Below, piece by piece: positions 38,070-43,553 of a stretch of 43,553 nt of DNA (position 1 is the stretch's first letter; each line of letters starts with the position of its first letter). Origin of the DNA: Octopus bimaculoides (taxonomy: Eukaryota); assembly GCF_001194135.2 (NCBI RefSeq), contig NC_068983.1, positions 71,697,818-71,741,370 on the forward strand, read 5' to 3'. The position numbers were made by a program, and so were the translations under genes. The notes under the pieces were generated by a model that ran no database searches, had not been told where the DNA came from, and saw only the letters and a program-made list of their open reading frames with translations.

Positions 38070-38922
38070 GGCAGATTGTATGATGCTACTGACTGCCAAG
38101 GACATGTGTAGGCTTGAAAGAAATGAAGCTAGTATACTTCACTGGATGTGCAATGTATAACAGTGTATCTTCAGAGAAAAGTTGGGCATAAGAGGCATCA
38201 GATGTGGAGTGCAAGAGAGACAACTGCGTTGGTATGGTTATGTCATGTGTATGGATGCGGACAGCTGTGTGAAGAAGTGTTGATCTCTAACAGTGGAGAG
38301 AAGCTGTGACAGAGAGAGACCCAGGAAGAAATGGGACGAGGTGGTGAAGCATGATCTTTGAACATTGGGCTTCATGGAGACAATGACTAGTGACAGAGAC
38401 TTTGGTGATATGCCATGCTTGAGAATACCCATCAAGCTAAGTGAAGTCAAAGCTGTGGCTGTTGTTGATGCCATGTAACTGGCACCTGTACTGGTGGCAC
38501 ATAAAAAGCACCTTTTGAGTGTTGGACCTCACAAAGGCAATCTGGCCAATGCCAGTGTCACATAACTAGCATCCAAGCCGTTGGCACATATAAAGCGCCT
38601 TTCAAGCGTTGGAACTCATGGAGGCAATGACAAATGACCAAGAACTTTGGCAATATGCTGTGCTTGAGAAGAAGACCCATCAAACCAAGTGAAATCATAG
38701 TTGTGGCAGATACTGGTGTCATGCAACTGGCATCCATTGCCAGTTGCACATAAAAGCACCCATCACACTCTCAGTGGTCGGTGTTGGGAAGGGCATCCAG
38801 CCATAGAAACCATGCAAAATCAGACTGGAGTTTGGTGCAGCCCCTCAGCTTACCAGCCCTGGTCAAACCATCCAACTCATGCCAGCATGGACAATGGACA
38901 TTAAATGATGATGACAATGATG
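38070..38922 (+). mobile_element. 5'-truncated RTE-clade LINE: ORF2 C-terminus plus modular 3' UTR
   Basis: AKDMCRLERNEASILHWMCNV, REKLGIRGI..VQERQLRWYG.V, RPRKKWDEVVKHDL, MTSDRD. Contiguous with the hairpin modules, gaagggcatccagc and a GAT tail. Confidence 0.88.
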
Positions 38923-41583
38923 TTTGAAAAGCATTTTTATCACTTGATGCATCTTCCTTGGAGTGGTTGAGAGATTTAATTGTCTTAAACTATGAGTCAA
39001 CAAAAATTTACTGTTTCAGAAGAAGATGAACTAACAGAAATTACAAATGACAAAAGACTCATTCACATAGCCTCCTGATTGTTTTCCAGGGAGGAATGTC
39101 CCATCATCATAAAGAAAACACTTAAAGCACTCCTTCCTTTTTCAGTTTTAGATCTTTGTAAAACTATTTTCCCTATATTGAATATTATTAAGAACAAGTA
39201 CAGGTCACAATTTCAAACACTGGGGGAGGAACTAAGAATAAGCTTGTCAATCATACAACCTCAGAAATGATGTATCATAAGACATTAACAGTTATCATAT
39301 ATTCAGTCTAGAAATGCCCTGTACCTACACCAATATTACAATAAAATCTTTTCACTTTCACTGCTTCATCCTTAGTTTATGTGTACAATTAGAAGTAAAA
39401 TCGAACTTTATACTAGAGAACTGCAATTTTTAATGCAGTACACTGCTGTGCATTCCTTTGCAGAAAAGTTTAGTATGTGCACCCATCTATTTTAAAAACA
39501 ATTTAACACTCTTTTTATATAATCAAACTTGAAATGCTCATAATGTGCTGTATACTTTTAGCACCTTATTCAGTGCACCGGTTGAAAAGTACTAGTCTGG
39601 AAAAAGGGTTTGTGCTGATGTCCTGTGTGGGCTCTTTAATATTGATATTGAAACAATGATTATGGTGTCTGGTATGCTAAATCAGGAACTTTTGAGACAG
39701 AGGTATTATTGTTTCAACCAGGTCAGCTTAAACTGACCAGAGTATGGTGAAAGGCATTCCACCCATGAACATCTCATTTTTTATTCACTCAGTGTATCTA
39801 AGATGTTATCCAGCTACTTCCTTTTGTTAAAGATAGGATGTGAACTGAAGGATATTTGGCTGCTATTTCTTAAAGCTCCTTTCTTAGTTAGTATGTAGTG
39901 TATGTTGTTACACAAACATTTGACCAACTTTGCCCTAAGCCCATCACTAAGTTGCTTACTAATTATAGTGACTGTCCTTATTTACTCTAGAAATAAGTTT
40001 GACAGCTTACAGTATTAATTAACATAGTGTGTTGTTTAAGAGAAAACTGTAAATGACTGGAGCTAGAACAGACAAAAAGTAAAAATAAAAATCACTTGAA
40101 AACAAGACCAGAAGTCCAATGGATTCACTCTTTGCTCTTAAGCTACAAGCCACCATTAGCAGCTCATTTGCTCTATCACACATCCTTAATGCTACAGATA
40201 GGAGCTATTGCATCCATAGCTGAATAAAATTAGGTACTGAAATACCATTTTTTGTCAGTTGATTATGTTTTACAGCCTGTGGTTTTTAGGAGATGCTGAA
40301 TCTCTGTCAAAGAAGAATTTTTTTTTTCTTTTGTTAGCATCTGCTTCAGGAGGGTGCTCAGCTGTTCTAGTGCTTCAACCTTGCAATCACCTGTGGTAAA
40401 GTGGTGGATGTTTTAGGGATGGCTCAAAAGATTTTCGTGGGAAACATCAGTCTCTTCTGGAGCAATGTGTAATTACTGGAGTGTACATACCTATTTTGAT
40501 TATTTACTAATTTTCTTTCTTTGCCCCTCCTCCTTTCACCATTTTCTTACTGTTTACTTTGGTAAAATAATTACTTTTAATAATGTACACAAGTTATTAC
40601 AAATAACTTCAGACAGGAGCTTATTCTGCCAGAATATTAATTGACTTATCAGTTTATTTAGGCACAGAATAACACTTATAACACGGAAAGGATATTTATG
40701 TTCTTCGATTGTAATATAATGTTCATGCTTTTTCAAAAACATTAGCAGTAGAAGTGAGCTGAAGCCATTTGCAACTAGGATAACTTATGGGAATATGACT
40801 TTTTGTGTGCGTCTTTCGTCTAACACGCAATTTAACTTCTCAGTTATGAGCCAAAGAGGTAACCTCCACATCAGTCATAGGCAAAACGCGACTCACAGGA
40901 TTTCCCGAATGGCACAACTAACGAAAAATTACCCTTAATCTGTTTAGTAATGCGGCCCACTTCTCGAAAAAGGTTGTTCATCCATGTTCCTACGTGATCG
41001 CCCGACTTGCTAGAAATAGCAGCCAAATCTCCCTGATATTACAATCTACTGTTTAAAAAATAACATGTTAGACAACGTAGTCTGCTGTCTATACAAAAAG
41101 GCAGTATGATCATAGCTAGATTTGTCTTCGAATATAAGTCTACTGGACCAGGATTGATCCACAATTGAATAACAAAACCTCAGTAGGTGAGGTCGTATTG
41201 AATCGTAGTTAAAAGATACCCGTTTTAGTAACACGCTGCTTTCAACTAGTCTTTGGTGCCTTATTTGCTATGCTATTAAGCATGCGTGAATACCTTTTTA
41301 TGTCTGTTGGCTGTATTCCTTAACTATATCAGTTCTGTATGTTGTTTCAAATATTATTATTAGTATTTTCAGTAGTATAAATTAAAGTGACCTGGGATGA
41401 CTGTGAAATTAATAGCTTACCACAAACTTATAAAGTGGTTAAGGGATTGTGACATCAGCGGGACGTATAAATGAAACAGTTTCGATTGAAATTCGAAACC
41501 GATTGGCTGATTGCCACGAGAAGCTTACTTCCCTCATTCAATGCATTTGGCATTTTATCATTTACAACAAAACTTGAAAAACA

Positions 41584-41749
41584 AATTAGGGTAAATTTTC
41601 AGATTAATACCCGCGCGATTTTCACTAGGGTGTTAGGGTTAGGGTTTACTTTTAGGGTTACGGTTAGGGTTAGGTTAAAGAATTCCGTCCCTAACCCTAA
41701 CACCCTAGTGAAAATCATGCGGGTGTTAATCCGAAAATTTACCCTAATT
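41584..41749. mobile_element. Foldback element 1 with TTAGGG-type repeats
   Basis: 61-bp inverted arms (41584-41644, 41689-41749; 4 mismatches) and a 44-nt loop with degenerate TTAGGG. TSD ambiguous (TA or AATT). Confidence 0.8.
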
Positions 41750-41816
41750 AGAAAATGTACAATTACATTTGAAGTATTTTAATCGATTTCGATATCAGTT
41801 TCATAAGCAACTTAAA

Positions 41817-42065
41817 GGTACTACTAAAGCAGCACGGTCCCGAACGCGCAGTCGTGCGTCCGCGCTAGCTAGTCGTGAGTGGTCGATCCTAACCCTAACC
41901 CTAACCCTAAACATGTATTCATTTACACACGCGGGTTAGGGTTAGGTTTAGGGATAGGGTTAGGGTTAGGGTTAGGGACAGGGTCAGGGCTAGGATCGAC
42001 CACTCACGACTAGCTAGCGCGGACGCGCGACTGCGCGTTCGGGACAGTGCTGCTTTAATAGTACC
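41817..42065. mobile_element. Foldback element 2: 75-bp TIR, 9-bp TSD, internal telomeric arrays (MULE/Foldback-like MITE)
   Basis: caacttaaa at 41808-41816 and 42066-42074. TIRs 72/75 identical. About 4 CCCTAA units on the left and 11 TTAGGG-type units on the right. Confidence 0.9.
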
Positions 42066-42715
42066 CAACTTAAAAGCATATATATTGATTTTTTTTTTTA
42101 ATCCTATTTTTTTAGATAAATTATCTAAGTTGCTTCCTGATTGTCGCATGTTAAATGTGATGGTAATTAACTCGAATAATAAACCAATTAACTTAACAAC
42201 GGTAATTTTAACAAGTCATCGGTCGGAGAATGCATTGCAAACAATAAAAATATCTAATAATAACGAAGGCAAGTTAATTTAGCTAGATTAATTTCCATTC
42301 AAACATTCTATTTCTTTAATAAAACAGAAACAAAGGAAATGTTAAACTATCAAACTACAATCTGTGTAAAGAAACTGAATAGTCAGTTTCTATAGACATA
42401 TAACAATTTAAAATAATTGGAACGTTGTGATGTCAATGCCTCTCCCTCATTTCATCGGAAACTATTTTACAGTAATTTGTTTTCTTAACAAAAACCTGAA
42501 ATGTTTAGTGATGGAGCAACTATCAAAATTATGTACAAGTACACGCCTTTTTTTTTTCTTTCGTTCCACATGATAGTTTCTATAACACGGGGCAGCTAAA
42601 AAGCTATACAAAATCCATTTATAAAAATAAACATTTGAAATGAATATACGAATATAAACACTAATGAAGATTGCAATACACATATATAATAAATATTCAG
42701 GTAAAGGCTACTTAC

Positions 42716-42738
42716 GCTTTGCTTTTTTTAGAACTCAT
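42716..42738 (-). CDS. RAB20: Rab20-like GTPase exon 1, coding part
   Basis: atg agt tct aaa aaa agc aaa gc|GTaagt. Phase 2 matches exon 2, giving MSSKKSKADLKVVILG. The five exons total 642 nt, a 213-aa protein. Confidence 0.8.
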
Positions 42739-42758
42739 TAAGAGTTTGGTTTGGACAT
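42738..42758 (-). promoter_or_regulatory. 6-codon uORF (MSKPNS*) whose TAA overlaps the RAB20 ATG
   Basis: Minus strand reads atg tcc aaa cca aac tct TAATG agt. Confidence 0.5.
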
Positions 42759-42765
42759 GCAGTTG

Positions 42766-42846
42766 CTATGCTGGACAATGGTCACAGTAAAAAGAGGCTT
42801 CAGCGCTGGCTGAAATTGAAGTAGTCGCCGAACAAGACTTAAACAT
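42766..42846 (-). promoter_or_regulatory. Second candidate uORF, 26 codons
   Basis: MFKSCSATTSISASAEASFYCDHCPA*, ending 7 nt before the short uORF. Depends on the unknown TSS. Confidence 0.3.
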
Positions 42847-42962
42847 GAAAACTGTTTGTGTACATTTAACAATTAAAAGTCATTCTGTCTCCTTGATATT
42901 TACACGAAGCTAAATAATCCTGATCAACTGAACACATATATCCATAACACTTCAGACATTAC

Positions 42963-43006
42963 CCGGAAGCACTCCAGTCACGTGGCCGCTCTCAGTCATT
43001 ACGTCA
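42963..43006. promoter_or_regulatory. RAB20 proximal promoter motif cluster
   Basis: ETS-like CCGGAAG (42963-42969), E-box gtCACGTGg (42977-42985) and ATF/CRE-like TTACGTCA (42999-43006), in CpG-retaining DNA about 230-270 bp upstream of the ATG. Confidence 0.6.
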
Positions 43007-43110
43007 CTGTGTTAACTTCGTCAAACTTCTGCTCTCTTGGCCCTATCTTTTTATCAAAAAATCATAATCGCTAAATATACTATGAAAATCAGTTACGAAA
43101 TAATCATTTT

Positions 43111-43207
43111 GACGGCGAAGGTAAAGAATACGCACACCACCCATATGCGGCGCTTAGGATTAGGGTCTCGCCGAAAACGGGTGGTGTGCGTATTCTTTAC
43201 CTCCGTC
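43111..43207. mobile_element. Foldback element 3 (hairpin MITE-like)
   Basis: Perfect 24-bp arms at 43119-43142 and 43179-43202, extended by gacgg/ccgtc across a 3-nt bulge. The 36-nt loop contains ttaggattagggt. No clear TSD. Confidence 0.7.
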
Positions 43208-43426
43208 TATTTTTGACTTATTATTTCAAAATATTATCCTATTTATGATAACTGGAGACAGGATTTATAAGATAGAGAGCAGTGATGGGAAGGATGGGTG
43301 TTACTCAGAAAGATGTTCCCTTCTTTTCACCTCACAAAAGACTGGAGGCTTATAACGTCTTGCTCTACCTTCCCATTGCAACCTAATTCTTAGTAGCCTT
43401 TTGCATCATTTGTAGATAGAACAAAA

Positions 43427-43500
43427 CAGGGCGCAACTACAGGGTTTTACCCCACAGACTTTACAGGGCATAACTACAGGGTTTTACCCCCCAGACTTTG
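43427..43500. repeat. Tandem duplication, 37-bp period
   Basis: cagggcgcaactacagggttttaccccacagacttta followed by cagggcataactacagggttttaccccccagactttg. Confidence 0.85.
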
Positions 43501-43553
43501 GGAGGTCAACAGTTATACTAAACTTTAATATTATCTAACCTTTAACGCTGGGG

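Noticed and set aside
41584-42065. True telomere, chromosome fusion scar or misassembly
   Set aside because: The arrays are short, enclosed by non-telomeric inverted arms, one has a clean TSD, and they lie inside an intron of an intact gene.

Overview
AT-rich, repeat-dense eukaryotic genomic DNA, most likely an octopus (inferred from the SINE and RTE repeat families). It holds two convergent spliced genes. On the minus strand is a complete 5-exon RAB20-like small GTPase (CDS 42738->23581, 213 aa, C-terminal CCT), with its promoter at about 42960-43010. On the plus strand is the 3' part of a claudin/PMP22-superfamily membrane protein (clear exons 11660-11812 and 15318-15550; candidate exons 9919-9968 and 65-96). 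The rest is a transposon landscape: tRNA-derived SINEs, many 5'-truncated RTE LINE 3' ends, Tx1/L1, CR1/L2 and possibly Penelope fragments, a Merlin element with nested insertions, an internally deleted Chapaev3 element, a mariner derivative, several MITEs and a SAP/SWIM gene remnant. There are two assembly gaps. The most unusual signals cluster at the RAB20 5' end: three foldback elements carrying TTAGGG-type repeats (one with a perfect 9-bp TSD and telomeric arrays in chromosome-end polarity), and a short uORF whose stop overlaps the RAB20 start codon (TAATG). All calls were made by eye; no searches were run.
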